Under the pieces are notes generated by a model. That model was not told the DNA's origin. It ran no database searches and saw only the letters and a list, made by a program, of their open reading frames with translations. Below, piece by piece: positions 18,496 to 28,114 of a stretch of DNA of 64,000 nt. Made by a program: the position numbers and the translations under genes. The DNA lies in IMG/VR virus record IMGVR_UViG_3300029288_000057, positions 64,001-128,000 of that record; one strand, 5' to 3'. Origin of the DNA: a virus. Taxonomy: Duplodnaviria > Caudoviricetes. Each line of letters starts with the position of its first letter. The first letter of the stretch is position 1.

Positions 18496-18654
18496 TTATT
18501 ATAATGTAAGATTTAAAATGTTTTTTACAGTTAGAAGAAAGTCGGCGCTCGTATCATATCTATTCAGTATTTAAGGTAAATCAATAAGGCGTTAATTAAC
18601 TCAATCTTTTTGCAGGGAAGGACTTTTATTTCTCAGCATAGCTTTTAAGGCTTT

Positions 18655-18945
18655 TTAGATGATTAATAGATTTGTTTTCGTTGTCAGCTCAATATTTAAA
18701 GCAACCGCATTGATTAAGCTTTTTATGGTTACAACTTTTTGTGCTTCGTTGAATTGTGAAAAATCTTTATCCACAATAATCTCAGAAAGATTCTGAATGG
18801 TCTCTAAAAGGTCAGCCTGTGCAGGCGAAATAGGTACTGTCTTTTCTCCCTGTGGAACAACTGAAATTTGCTCTAATGGTGCAGACAAGTTTTCGGAGGG
18901 GTTATCATCATAACTCTTGAACCCGATTTTGTTTCTAGTTTTCAT
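18655..18945 (-). CDS. Hypothetical early protein (start revised to MKTRNK)
   Basis: Start downstream of promoter 18973. Confidence 0.75.
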   Translation of the reverse strand: MKTRNKIGFKSYDDNPSENLSAPLEQISVVPQGEKTVPISPAQADLLETIQNLSEIIVDKDFSQFNEAQKVVTIKSLINAVALNIELTTKTNLLII

Positions 18946-19240
18946 GGCTCGTAGTTTTAATTGGTTTGCGGATATATAAAGCAAATAAAAACAAAAAGAG
19001 GGAGAGACAAACAGCCCCAAAAATACCCCAATCCCGCACCTTGTGAGTGCAGGTCAACAAACTTTCGTTCTCTGAGAAAAGGACTGAACCTCTTAACGCT
19101 TAATCATAATTGTTTTCCTTTCATTGTTTCTTATTCTGTTATGTATATAAAGAAAATCATTAGCAAAGAGGGAAACTTTTTTGAGTGAAAAAAAAAGAGA
19201 GTGCGACTTGTACCCCCTTTTTACCTATTTTTTTTAACCC

Positions 19241-19798
19241 TTATTCAATTTCAATCGTTTCGCCGCTTACTTTAACTTTGCTTGTAATGTTAGCAATTTT
19301 ATAATAGCGAATTTTTGATGTTTTAAGGTCAAGCACCTTTTCAATATGCTTTTTTGCAAGTGTCAAAGGACGGCTTTTTACTTCTTTGTAAATGCCTGCC
19401 TTGATAACATTTTTGCGTACCACCGTACCCGAAATTAATACACTGCCTGTTTCCTTGCAATATTTCAGCGTACCCTTATCGTTTAAAGAAATGTAAGCTT
19501 CTTTTTGTCCATTTGAACGTACTTCGTTCGGCTTAACAAGGGACTGCAATTTTTCAGTAAGTGCCTGCTCAATTAGTGAATGACCAAAATTGTCATTTAC
19601 TAAATCATTTAACTTTGCACCCTTTAAAGTTTCAATGTCGGCTTCTTTCATATTGCCGTAACTTGCACCTACGTTAATTAAAACGTCTGCAATTTCACTG
19701 TTTTCGGATGAATCTGAACAGTAACCCTTAATTGCAACAAAGGAAACACCGTTAAAGTTGAATCCCTCAATCAGTTTTAGTAATGTTATATATTCCAT
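19241..19798 (-). CDS. Hypothetical early protein, first gene of the leftward array
   Basis: Long ORF, promoter at 19826, terminator at ~19190-19222. Confidence 0.8.
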   Translation of the reverse strand: MEYITLLKLIEGFNFNGVSFVAIKGYCSDSSENSEIADVLINVGASYGNMKEADIETLKGAKLNDLVNDNFGHSLIEQALTEKLQSLVKPNEVRSNGQKEAYISLNDKGTLKYCKETGSVLISGTVVRKNVIKAGIYKEVKSRPLTLAKKHIEKVLDLKTSKIRYYKIANITSKVKVSGETIEIE

Positions 19799-19929
19799 TT
19801 TATTCGTGTTTTAATTAGTTTACGCATATATAAAGGAAAAAGTTACAAAAGAGGGACAAAAATTATCAACACCACCGCCCTCTTTTCATAACAAATATCT
19901 TTATATGTTTAACCAAAAAACCAAACGAT

Positions 19930-20130
19930 ATGTTTAAGCTATTAGAAAAAAAAATAAGGGGCTTGCTTATGCAAATTGAAAGTGGAAAAACCACCCCAGA
20001 AGAAAGTGGTATCGCAGACTTGTTAAACAGAATGAAAGAAATTGACGAACCTTGTTGGGAAGGACTGGCACAACGATACATAAAAGCTTTAGGAAAGATT
20101 GAAGCAGCTGAAGTAAAACAAACCGCCTAA
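19930..20130 (+). CDS. Hypothetical early protein, divergent
   Basis: Preceded by the inverted cassette promoter at 19877-19908. Confidence 0.75.
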   Translation: MFKLLEKKIRGLLMQIESGKTTPEESGIADLLNRMKEIDEPCWEGLAQRYIKALGKIEAAEVKQTA

Positions 20131-20139
20131 ACGTAGGGT

Positions 20140-20715
20140 GTTAATTTAGACCCCCTATATAGATTAAACCCCCTAATTAGACCCCTTAATTAGCCCCCTC
20201 GTACCTATAATAAGGGGCTTAATTGACCCCCTATTTGACCCCCCTCCCGTACCGCTCACAATTTTTTTCCCAATTTTTTCCCAAAAATCTCAACCATTGA
20301 AATTCCCCCAAATCCCATCTTCATTTCCAATTTCCTTCCACCTTCACTCCTAAAGTGGTCAAGCTTCACTCCAATATGGGGAATTGTTTCTTTATATGGG
20401 GAATTGTTTCGGGGCATTTACGCCCATTTTCCTTCGATATGGGGAACTTTTATCTTAATATGGGGAATTGTGCCAGCTATACTCCAAAATAGCAACAGGT
20501 GTTCTTATTTTTACATTGGTGGTGATTTGTCAGGTTATGCCCTGACTTTTACCCCCCCTTTGTCAGGTTATAGCCTGACAAATTCTTTTGGGATATTTTA
20601 AAGTGAGTCCTCAAAAAAATTTTTCCCCCAATTTTTTAGCCAAAATTTCAACCTTTAAGACAGGGGCAGAAAAGATATAGGTTTTTCTATATTCATCCTG
20701 GCAAAAAATTTTTTT
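20140..20715. repeat. Non-coding iteron/palindrome block; candidate replication origin or genome terminus signal
   Basis: About 6x TAATT(A)GACCCCCT-like, 4x ATATGGGGAA, 2x TTGTCAGGTTATRNCCTGAC hairpins, A/T tracts. Confidence 0.65.
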
Positions 20716-20717
20716 TC

Positions 20718-21005
20718 TTATTTTTTTGTTAAAATTATACCACTCCATGCATCTCTTGCATTATCTGCTTTTCTAAGGTGTTTGGGGAGTTCTAGCTTTA
20801 TGGTTTCAAACAATGTTTTCACTCCGTCTTCGTGTGGTTTAAGATAATGTTCCCCCAGGTGCTGATAGAAACATTTAAGGAATGCTTCGGTGCCATATCC
20901 AACGATTGCTTCAAGAGCTCTGGCTTCTTGTTCTGTTAAACTAAGAATTATTTGCACATCCAATTTAGATGTTGATTTAATTTTATTTTCCATTTGTATA
21001 CTCAT
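20718..21005 (-). CDS. Hypothetical protein
   Basis: ORF. Confidence 0.75.
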   Translation of the reverse strand: MSIQMENKIKSTSKLDVQIILSLTEQEARALEAIVGYGTEAFLKCFYQHLGEHYLKPHEDGVKTLFETIKLELPKHLRKADNARDAWSGIILTKK

Positions 21006-21018
21006 ATAGTTTATATTG

Positions 21019-21432
21019 TTAAAATCGTTCTACCATATCAAGCGCATTACTTTCAGTACAGTCAGTTTTTTTAAATAATCTGTCCAGGTGATTTCTCAAC
21101 GCTTCAATTTTTTGTTCTTGTTTTTCCAACAGAGCACATTCCTTTTCAATTTCCTCTAGCAATTTAATATTTCTTTCGGTGTTTTCAATGAATGCCCAGC
21201 CGTAAGTGCAGGTATATTTTTTATTTTTATCTTCCCCTTCCCCTTTAATATTAAAGCAATAGTCTCCAGCGTCTAGTTGTTCTACGTTTTCGACAATTAT
21301 TCCTTTTCCTATTGGAAAATGGCCTTCACAGGAACCTTTTTCCCAAATCATATCCAAGTTATAGATATATTCTGTGTTTGGTTTTGGTTCTAAGTTTTCT
21401 TCCGAAATAATGTTTCCAAATGTTTTTCTCAT
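21019..21432 (-). CDS. Hypothetical protein
   Basis: ORF. Confidence 0.75.
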   Translation of the reverse strand: MRKTFGNIISEENLEPKPNTEYIYNLDMIWEKGSCEGHFPIGKGIIVENVEQLDAGDYCFNIKGEGEDKNKKYTCTYGWAFIENTERNIKLLEEIEKECALLEKQEQKIEALRNHLDRLFKKTDCTESNALDMVERF

Positions 21433-21442
21433 ATAGATTAGT

Positions 21443-21694
21443 TTAATTATTTTTTTCCATTTTTTGTTTTTTTATATGTTCTATGACTGCAGGTCTCAAT
21501 GACATGAATACATCAGAACCTGCATATTGAGCGAAGGATATGTTGGGGTCATTTTTGACTTCATAAAACAACCTGCCATCTTCACTTTCGTACCATTCGG
21601 TTTCTGTGTCTATATGTTTGTGGTAATATTCAACTATTTCCTTTTCGGTCATTCCTTGGTCTGAGTTTGGGTCTAATAGTAATTCTATATTCAT
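21443..21694 (-). CDS. Hypothetical protein
   Basis: ORF, coupled stop/start. Confidence 0.7.
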   Translation of the reverse strand: MNIELLLDPNSDQGMTEKEIVEYYHKHIDTETEWYESEDGRLFYEVKNDPNISFAQYAGSDVFMSLRPAVIEHIKKQKMEKNN

Positions 21695-21915
21695 ATAGAT
21701 TGTTTTTGTGCGTCTTCCAATTTTTTAATTTTTTCTTCCATGTAATCATTTTTAGTTGATTGCATTACATCGTTTAAATAGATGTAAAATGATATTACTG
21801 CTGCCATCCATGTATCTATTGAAATAAATTCAGTAATCAAAAGAAATGGGATGAACCAGCTTGTTACGCAAAAGAAAAGATTAAAGACAAGATATTTAAG
21901 TTTTTCCTTATTCAT
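21691..21915 (-). CDS. Small membrane protein
   Basis: Two hydrophobic segments. Confidence 0.7.
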   Translation of the reverse strand: MNKEKLKYLVFNLFFCVTSWFIPFLLITEFISIDTWMAAVISFYIYLNDVMQSTKNDYMEEKIKKLEDAQKQSI

Positions 21916-21917
21916 AT

Positions 21918-23048
21918 TTAATTCCAGTTTTCGTTTTTATCTACGGATACGTAATAGGTATCGGGGTTAAAATATTTATCACAGGCTTTTAAGACCTGTC
22001 CCAGGTTGAAGTCTTTTCTTTTAAAAAGTTTTTTGCTGTCCCAGTTTGGTTGTCTTATATATTTGAAAGGGTAGTTATATCTTTCGATTTCATTTTTCTT
22101 GAAGTTGATTTCAAGGTATTTTTTGATGGAGTTAAATCTTTCCTGGGTGATGAACTTTTCTTTGTTGGCCATTACTTCTTTGATGGTTGAGATGAATTCT
22201 TCCACATTTTCGTTGGAGGCTTCGCTGGAGATGAATATGGAGCCGTTTGTATTAAATTCCTGCAGGTAGCAATGAATATAATATACGAGTCCTTTTTTCT
22301 CTCTTACTTCCTGGTAAAATGGGGATTGGAGTCCGAATCCGAACAGTTTACAGATAAATGAGACCATGGCCACATCTTTATCTTTTACGATGGGGGAAAC
22401 AAGGATGATGGATGATTTTTCTTTAAAGTCGTTTGATTTCTCGTAGACGACTTCTTTTTTCTTTTCCTTCAGTTTCAATTTACCTTCTGGAATAACAAGG
22501 TCTGTTTCGACAAATCCCTCCAGAGAGAATTTATTTTTTTTGGATACGTTTATGATTTGGGGGTTTTTGTATTGCTGGTTGAAGTGTTCTTCACAATCTT
22601 TGAGGGTGATTGCTTCTATACTTTCTCTTTGACCTATGGCATTATAGTCCCCGTACAATTTTCTCAGCAGGTTAAGTGCATGAGCTTCGTTTTGTGTATT
22701 GAAAGAGTCTTTATATTCTTCCAGCACGATTAATTTTTCCTTATCTAGGGTTTCCTGTGTAACGTTAAAGTTTTTCAATCTTTCGTAGAATATATATTTC
22801 CATTTGTTGATATATTCGTCGAGGCCTGTGATGTGAAAGCAGATTACATCTGAGGAGGTATATGCGTTCCATTGTATTCCGTCTTGGTCGAATGATTTTT
22901 GTAGGTCTTCGAATGTTTTGCACATCAGGTGTTCCATAAGGTGGGAAATTCCGTAGGTGCCAGGTTTTTCAATAAATGTACTTCCGTGGTATACCATATA
23001 AAATCCTGAGAGTTCGGTTTTGCTTTTTAGGTTGATTAAATTTTTCAT
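21918..23048 (-). CDS. M16 (insulinase/pitrilysin) family zinc peptidase
   Basis: GISHLMEHL (HxxEH), NAYTS, EVREKKGLVY. Confidence 0.92.
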   Translation of the reverse strand: MKNLINLKSKTELSGFYMVYHGSTFIEKPGTYGISHLMEHLMCKTFEDLQKSFDQDGIQWNAYTSSDVICFHITGLDEYINKWKYIFYERLKNFNVTQETLDKEKLIVLEEYKDSFNTQNEAHALNLLRKLYGDYNAIGQRESIEAITLKDCEEHFNQQYKNPQIINVSKKNKFSLEGFVETDLVIPEGKLKLKEKKKEVVYEKSNDFKEKSSIILVSPIVKDKDVAMVSFICKLFGFGLQSPFYQEVREKKGLVYYIHCYLQEFNTNGSIFISSEASNENVEEFISTIKEVMANKEKFITQERFNSIKKYLEINFKKNEIERYNYPFKYIRQPNWDSKKLFKRKDFNLGQVLKACDKYFNPDTYYVSVDKNENWN

Positions 23049-23100
23049 ATTTATTTTGTGGGTTATATTGTTTTTTTAACAGGCTTCGCCTTTGGGGTTT

Positions 23101-23493
23101 TTATTCGCTATAATAATGTCTTCTACAATCAGCTGTGCAAAATACGGTTCCGCTTTCCAATTCTTTCCCGCATTCTTCGCAGTGGTTTTTTGTTTCGTAT
23201 TTGCCAATTTTCAATTCAGCCCCCACTCCCATTTGCTGAAGTTTTTTAACGGCGTCTTGGACTATTTTTGTATAATGTTTTACTGAATCATTTTCATCGG
23301 TAAAGGTGTAGTAATGACTTTCTTGTCCTGTTCCTTCATAGTCCCACTTGTCGAAAAGCACTTTAAAACCGAATGGTTTAAAATATTCTCCATCTTCTTC
23401 TACACAAAGGAATGCATCTTTAAGTTCTTCAAACTTTTTATCGGTCAGTTCAATCTTTGTATTGAATGTGAAAAAAAATTCTTGTGCTGGCAT
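23101..23493 (-). CDS. Hypothetical protein with C-terminal CxxC...CxxxC zinc ribbon
   Basis: CEECG...FCTADC. Confidence 0.7.
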   Translation of the reverse strand: MPAQEFFFTFNTKIELTDKKFEELKDAFLCVEEDGEYFKPFGFKVLFDKWDYEGTGQESHYYTFTDENDSVKHYTKIVQDAVKKLQQMGVGAELKIGKYETKNHCEECGKELESGTVFCTADCRRHYYSE

Positions 23494-23712
23494 AGGATTA
23501 TAAATTTTCCTGCTAAATTAAAAAAAAGTTATGAATTAAACAAGTTTTTTGTAATATTTATATAAAATTGTTCATTTTGGAAAAGTATATAAGGAAAATA
23601 ATAAGAAATAACATATCTTTTATATTCTGTGAGGTCACTTCTGTAATGAGCAATACCAAACACTTAAGTTAATGTTGCATAATTTTATAATATTTATAAA
23701 CAAAATCATCAT

Positions 23713-23937
23713 ATGGATATAAGAGAATTTATAAAAGAAGAAGTAAAAAGGCTTCACAAAAAAACTTTAAAAGAAGATATATTTACAGGTGGATATATAA
23801 ATCCTGCGGCGCTTGCTGATGTTCTTGTACAAGCTGGTGTAATAAAAGATGAGTATACGGATTTATCGGGACAAAAGGCATCATCTAAATTGGCTTTTAT
23901 TGTAAAAAAAGCGGTGGATAAGGTTAAAGATATTTAA
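23713..23937 (+). CDS. Small late protein with IREFIKEE tag
   Basis: TATTTATA at 23691. Confidence 0.7.
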   Translation: MDIREFIKEEVKRLHKKTLKEDIFTGGYINPAALADVLVQAGVIKDEYTDLSGQKASSKLAFIVKKAVDKVKDI

Positions 23938-23940
23938 TCA

Positions 23941-24581
23941 ATGTTATTGTCGGAGTCATATAAAAGAAGATTGCAGGAGCTCGCTGGACTTGTGAAAATG
24001 GATTATTTTTCCGCTGGGGATGAGCGCTTTAATTTAGAAGATGAAGATGCTATTCCGTTCTTATATTATAATGGAGAATTGCTCATGAAGGATGAGGGCG
24101 GATATTTTTATAAAAGAGAAAGTCATTGGGATATTATTAATGATATGGTGGATGAGTTTCTTAAAGCAAGAAGAATTGCACACCAAGTGGGCGATTATGA
24201 TATGATGGAAGGTTATGGGTTGACAGTAAAGTAATTTCGTTTTGGGAAATGCCAGAAAATAAAGCTGTTTTGGACAAAATTGTGAATGATTTAAATAAAG
24301 AAAGCAATGGGGATTTTCACATAGATAGCTCATGGAGATTAAGAATTGGGGAAGAAGGAAACCAAATTCCATATAAATTAATTCCAATAGATGATTATAC
24401 GGGCGCAGAAATAAGCGATGAAGAAAAGAAAGATTTGGAGGGAAAATGGAAACAACACATCATGTCTCCGTTGGAAAAAACTAAGCTGGGGTTAAATAAA
24501 GCTCCCCAGGGGTTTGGGTCGAAGCACAAAGACTATTTGGGACACAGAGCGATTGATAGAGCTGTGGGAAGAGCGGAATAA
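23941..24581 (+). pseudogene. Late ELAG-tagged gene split by a frameshift at ~24196-24205
   Basis: Removing one TATGA copy joins both ORFs via DYDGRLWVDSKVISFWEMP. Confidence 0.6.
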
Positions 24582-24585
24582 AAGA

Positions 24586-24612
24586 AAAAAGCCCCAAATT
24601 AAGGGGCTTTCT
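24586..24612. terminator. Bidirectional terminator
   Basis: AAAAAGCCCC-aaattaa-GGGGCTTT between convergent genes. Confidence 0.8.
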
Positions 24613-25179
24613 TTATTTTATAGGTTGAACAACTACATAGTTTTGGTATTCGTCGGGGACATCACGATATATAAATGCAGGTAGCCATATGTTTCCTCGA
24701 TATATTTTAATACTTGCTATTTTGTCTTGTATTTCTATTTGGGAGTTGTATACAAGTGAGTTAAGAGAGTCCATTCTAACGACCAGAGCAATAAGAGATG
24801 GTTGATATTTTGTTTGGGGATATTGCGGAAGCACATTAATAGAAACTTCTCCTTTTGCACTCATAGCCGATTTGTTTACATTGGTCATTTTGTCGAACAG
24901 CCCAGATTCGTATTTATTATAATTTGTATCCAGCAGTTGCTTATATTGTTTCTGCAGATTGTCACGCTGGTTTTCGTATATTTTAACCTTGTTTTCCATA
25001 ACATTTAGACACTGAATTTCGTAGTTGTTGCAGCTGAGCGCAATACCTGCTATAATAACAACAACAATAATTGTAACAAAATCAGCGACCCAAAATCCAA
25101 TGGCGCTGTTTTTCCATTTCATAGCATGGCAAAAGATTGCGATTGACGCAAATAAAAGTAATAAAATCGGAAAAATCAT
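24613..25179 (-). CDS. Membrane protein with coiled coil
   Basis: Two N-terminal TM; ECF-like promoter 25215-25241. Confidence 0.75.
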   Translation of the reverse strand: MIFPILLLLFASIAIFCHAMKWKNSAIGFWVADFVTIIVVVIIAGIALSCNNYEIQCLNVMENKVKIYENQRDNLQKQYKQLLDTNYNKYESGLFDKMTNVNKSAMSAKGEVSINVLPQYPQTKYQPSLIALVVRMDSLNSLVYNSQIEIQDKIASIKIYRGNIWLPAFIYRDVPDEYQNYVVVQPIK

Positions 25180-25284
25180 AGTTTTAAGTTTTAAGTGAAT
25201 AATTTGTACTTACTAATACGAAAAAAAATATAGAAAGTTACAAAAATCTTTATATTTATATAAGAACTGAAAAATCAAATCACT

Positions 25285-25854
25285 ATGTTAACTTATCAAA
25301 CCCTCCCAGAAAAGGTAAAAAAGTATTTCCACAGGAATATTACTATGAGTGTGGCCTTTGTAAAAAAGGACGGAAGCGTAAGACACATATCTTTTAGGAG
25401 AAATCTCAAGTCTTATGTTAAAAGTGATGCTGAAAAATCAAATTCCCAGACAAACATGCTGCAGAATAATAATTTGATGTTGGTTTATGATACAAATTTA
25501 TATATTAAGGCGCTTAAGGGCGGTGCTGATGAAGGAGCTGCGTCAAAGGTAAGTTATAGAAACTTTAAATTGGAGAATGTAATGGTTTTCTTATGTGGCG
25601 GAGAGCTTTTTGATTTGCGTCAGGAGAATGATATTGCAAAAAGGTTTGGAGAAGGGGTGGCTGGCCAGCTAACCAAAAGCATGGTAAGTGCAATGAAAAA
25701 AGATGAAGATGATGCTATGGAATTAACGGGGGGTCTTGCTGAAAGCTCCCTCAAACAGTTCATTAAAGAAACAGCAACAAAGCTTCATAAGAAGACTTTG
25801 TTGGAAAATGCGAAGAGTGAAATTTTAAAAGAAATAAAGTTATTAGAAGAATAA
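25285..25854 (+). CDS. SH3/WYL-like beta-barrel protein with C-terminal LKQFIKE tag
   Basis: VAFVKKDGSVR motif; TATTTATA at 25253. Confidence 0.55.
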   Translation: MLTYQTLPEKVKKYFHRNITMSVAFVKKDGSVRHISFRRNLKSYVKSDAEKSNSQTNMLQNNNLMLVYDTNLYIKALKGGADEGAASKVSYRNFKLENVMVFLCGGELFDLRQENDIAKRFGEGVAGQLTKSMVSAMKKDEDDAMELTGGLAESSLKQFIKETATKLHKKTLLENAKSEILKEIKLLEE

Positions 25855-25906
25855 ATAAAAGCACCACAACATTATATTTTCATATAAATATTATGAATTT
25901 TTAAAG

Positions 25907-26224
25907 TCAAAAAACAAATTCTGGCCAGGAGAATTTGGGAGTTTTGAATCTTGGCATATGTATTGGTTCAGGAAAGCGTTCTATGGTTGCCACGTCTAGT
26001 ATTGATGCTAGCATGACAATATCTTTATAATCAGACAGGCGTATCTTTCTTTTCTTTCCCCCCTCGTTTGTTTGTCCGAAGCAATAGAAGTCGCACCATC
26101 TGTTTACAATATTGCCTTCGATGGATGCGGGCAGCTTTTTATTGTGGGGATTTTTGCAGAAAACATAGTCTCCTGTGTGGAACTTTTGTCCTTTGTGTTT
26201 GTAGATATAGATTGTATTGTTCAT
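25907..26224 (-). CDS. Hypothetical protein
   Basis: ORF. Confidence 0.7.
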   Translation of the reverse strand: MNNTIYIYKHKGQKFHTGDYVFCKNPHNKKLPASIEGNIVNRWCDFYCFGQTNEGGKKRKIRLSDYKDIVMLASILDVATIERFPEPIHMPRFKTPKFSWPEFVF

Positions 26225-26226
26225 AT

Positions 26227-26568
26227 TTATTCTTCTATTTCTGTTTCTCTTATGTCCCAGTATTGGTCGAATCCAAATTTATTTTCTTCCTGGTCTTTTT
26301 TTGTTGGGTATGTTTGTTGCCATTCTTCCCATTTTTGTTTTTTATGGAATTCCAATGCCATTTCGGCACCTTTTCTGGTTCGGTGGATGCTCATGGTTGC
26401 GCATGCGCTTTCGCATGCCTCAGCGGTGTAGATGAATTCATAAAGAGTGGAGGTCTCGGCGATTATTTGTCGTGCGTATTCTTCGGCTGCAAGTTGATAT
26501 GCTGCTTCTGTGGTTCCGTAATATTCTATTTTACATTTAAGAATTTTTTGAAATGCTAGGTTTTCCAT
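26227..26568 (-). CDS. Hypothetical protein
   Basis: ORF. Confidence 0.75.
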   Translation of the reverse strand: MENLAFQKILKCKIEYYGTTEAAYQLAAEEYARQIIAETSTLYEFIYTAEACESACATMSIHRTRKGAEMALEFHKKQKWEEWQQTYPTKKDQEENKFGFDQYWDIRETEIEE

Positions 26569-26629
26569 TTGCGGGTTTTGGTTTTGGAGGGTGGGGTTTA
26601 GGACATACGAAAAAAAATCAGGGCCGAGG

Positions 26630-27442
26630 TCACTTTATACATTTTAAGGATTGTAGGTATTTTGCACTTACCATTGCTTTGGAGAAAGGTTGATTGGTGA
26701 TTGTTCTATATCCTTTTTTGTTTAGATAATCTGCTATTTCTGGACAAGTTTTCTTTTTTTGTCTCATATTCTTTATCATTTTCAGAATTCGCTTGTTTTC
26801 ATTGATATGTCCCTTTTCTGCTCTGATTAGTTTGGGAGTGCGTTGGCAGTTTGCTTCTCCAATTATTTTATAAATTCTATTGATGTCTTTGATTGCAAGG
26901 ACGCCTTTTTCTACAATTTCTTTTGCCGACAATCCCTGTTTGTATAGCTTTATTATTTCTTTATTTCTTTTTCTTTTTAAGCTGTTTACGTTTGGGAGTC
27001 CGTGTCTTATAAGTGTTTGTAGACGATAATCTTTGGAAATTTTGATTTTACGAACGCCTTGTTCGGCTTGGTTTTGCATTTCTTCTGACAATTCCTTTAC
27101 AATCTTTTTGTATTTGTCAGCCTTAAGGGCTTTGGAACTCAATCTTATTTCGCTAGCTATCTGTTGTATTCTTTGTCTTGTAAGCTGAAACTTGTCAGCC
27201 ACCTCAGTATAACTGCTGCCGTTCTTAATCATTTCGATAATTTCATAATTTCTATCAAAATTATCCCTGTTCCACTTTAAAAGTTTTTTGGGAGGAACAA
27301 TTCCATTTTTTCTGCATATAAAAAGAACACTGTTATAAGTAAGATTAACACAAAATGCAACCTCTTTATAACTATATCCTGATTGAATTAGCTCCTCTAT
27401 TTCTTTATTTCTCTTTCTGAGGCCTTCTTGAAATGTGGTCAT
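26630..27442 (-). CDS. Multi-HTH DNA-binding protein (sigma region 4-like repeats)
   Basis: SYKEVA, SYTEVADKFQLTRQRIQQI, SAKEI, TCPEIADYLN. Confidence 0.7.
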   Translation of the reverse strand: MTTFQEGLRKRNKEIEELIQSGYSYKEVAFCVNLTYNSVLFICRKNGIVPPKKLLKWNRDNFDRNYEIIEMIKNGSSYTEVADKFQLTRQRIQQIASEIRLSSKALKADKYKKIVKELSEEMQNQAEQGVRKIKISKDYRLQTLIRHGLPNVNSLKRKRNKEIIKLYKQGLSAKEIVEKGVLAIKDINRIYKIIGEANCQRTPKLIRAEKGHINENKRILKMIKNMRQKKKTCPEIADYLNKKGYRTITNQPFSKAMVSAKYLQSLKCIK

Positions 27443-27450
27443 TGGTTTTT

Positions 27451-27741
27451 TTAATAAAAAAATGGTTTATAATCGGTCTTTATTGGTCTTTGTTCATAGG
27501 TATATTGTTTCGTTCCGCAGAGCTTACATTCTCTACTCCATCTATCCTTTTGAACATCTCTATATCCAGCATAACTCCAATGGGGGTCAGAGCCCGCTCC
27601 ATCTTGAACAGAGCCATATCCTTCTTGAACAGTTTCTGGGTCATAGATTGGGTCTTTGAAGTCATGCTTACAGTTCCTGATTTTTTCTTTCAGAGAATTG
27701 ATTTTCTCTTGTAGCTGGTTTATTTCTTCTTGTGTATTCAT
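27451..27741 (-). CDS. Hypothetical protein (CxH...CxxCG)
   Basis: ORF. Confidence 0.7.
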   Translation of the reverse strand: MNTQEEINQLQEKINSLKEKIRNCKHDFKDPIYDPETVQEGYGSVQDGAGSDPHWSYAGYRDVQKDRWSRECKLCGTKQYTYEQRPIKTDYKPFFY

Positions 27742-27753
27742 GATTCATTCTTT

Positions 27754-28104
27754 TTATTCTTTAATTAGCCTTGCGTTTGCTGGGATAAGTTCACATTTTT
27801 CTGAAGCGGTATCTCCACTCTTTGTGTACTTTGCATATCCGTTTTTAACATCAAGGATTATAATGGTGTCCCTTGTCGGTTTTTGAAACGGGTTGTTGAG
27901 GTTGTATTCCTTCACCCATATCTGACCAGGATTGATTTTTTTATTTTTTCGAAAAGGGATTCCGTTTGCAGCTGATAGCAGCACAATGATTGATATAATT
28001 ATTAATGCAACACAAGTTATTAACGTTGCCTTGTGTTCTGTGATAGCTGCAAGAACGACACATAGAATGAGAACAGTGCCAGATATAATTATTGTTGGTA
28101 ACAT
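27754..28104 (-). CDS. Membrane protein
   Basis: Two TM segments. Confidence 0.7.
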   Translation of the reverse strand: MLPTIIISGTVLILCVVLAAITEHKATLITCVALIIISIIVLLSAANGIPFRKNKKINPGQIWVKEYNLNNPFQKPTRDTIIILDVKNGYAKYTKSGDTASEKCELIPANARLIKE

Positions 28105-28114
28105 ATATTAATCT

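Larger units (their letters stand above)
1066..19908 (-). promoter_or_regulatory. About 38 copies of a putative early promoter CCCTCTTT-N12/13-CTTTATATRTT, one per gene cassette
   Basis: On + strand reads TATAAAG-N12/13-AAAGAGGG at ~1066,1351,1662,2047,2687,3621,4727,5273,6008,6228,7575,7778,8229,8687,9073,10117,10787,11532,11957,12306,13328,13561,14166,14435,14929,15326,15622,15797,16493,16825,17297,18008,18207,18973,19143,19826; one inverted copy at 19877-19908 heads the + strand ORF at 19930; partial copies at ~16238 and ~17568. Confidence 0.85.

Noticed and set aside
273-19188. Plus-strand ORFs in the early region (e.g. 273-599, 2391-2702, 6327-6536, 12041-12304)
   Set aside because: Antisense shadows of promoter-supported minus-strand genes
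1066-19908. Repeated motif as a CRISPR array or integron attC sites
   Set aside because: Bipartite, non-palindromic, variable middle, gene-sized intervals; no cas or integrase in the window; geometry fits a promoter
20404-20601. 65-aa ORF in the repeat block
   Set aside because: TTG start; composed of DNA repeats and hairpins
23577-23672. LEKYIRKII... mini-ORF after TATTTATA at 23555
   Set aside because: Tag-like start but only ~31 codons with a TTG start; likely remnant
26068-26559. Three overlapping + ORFs
   Set aside because: Shadows of two minus-strand genes; F/C/V-rich composition
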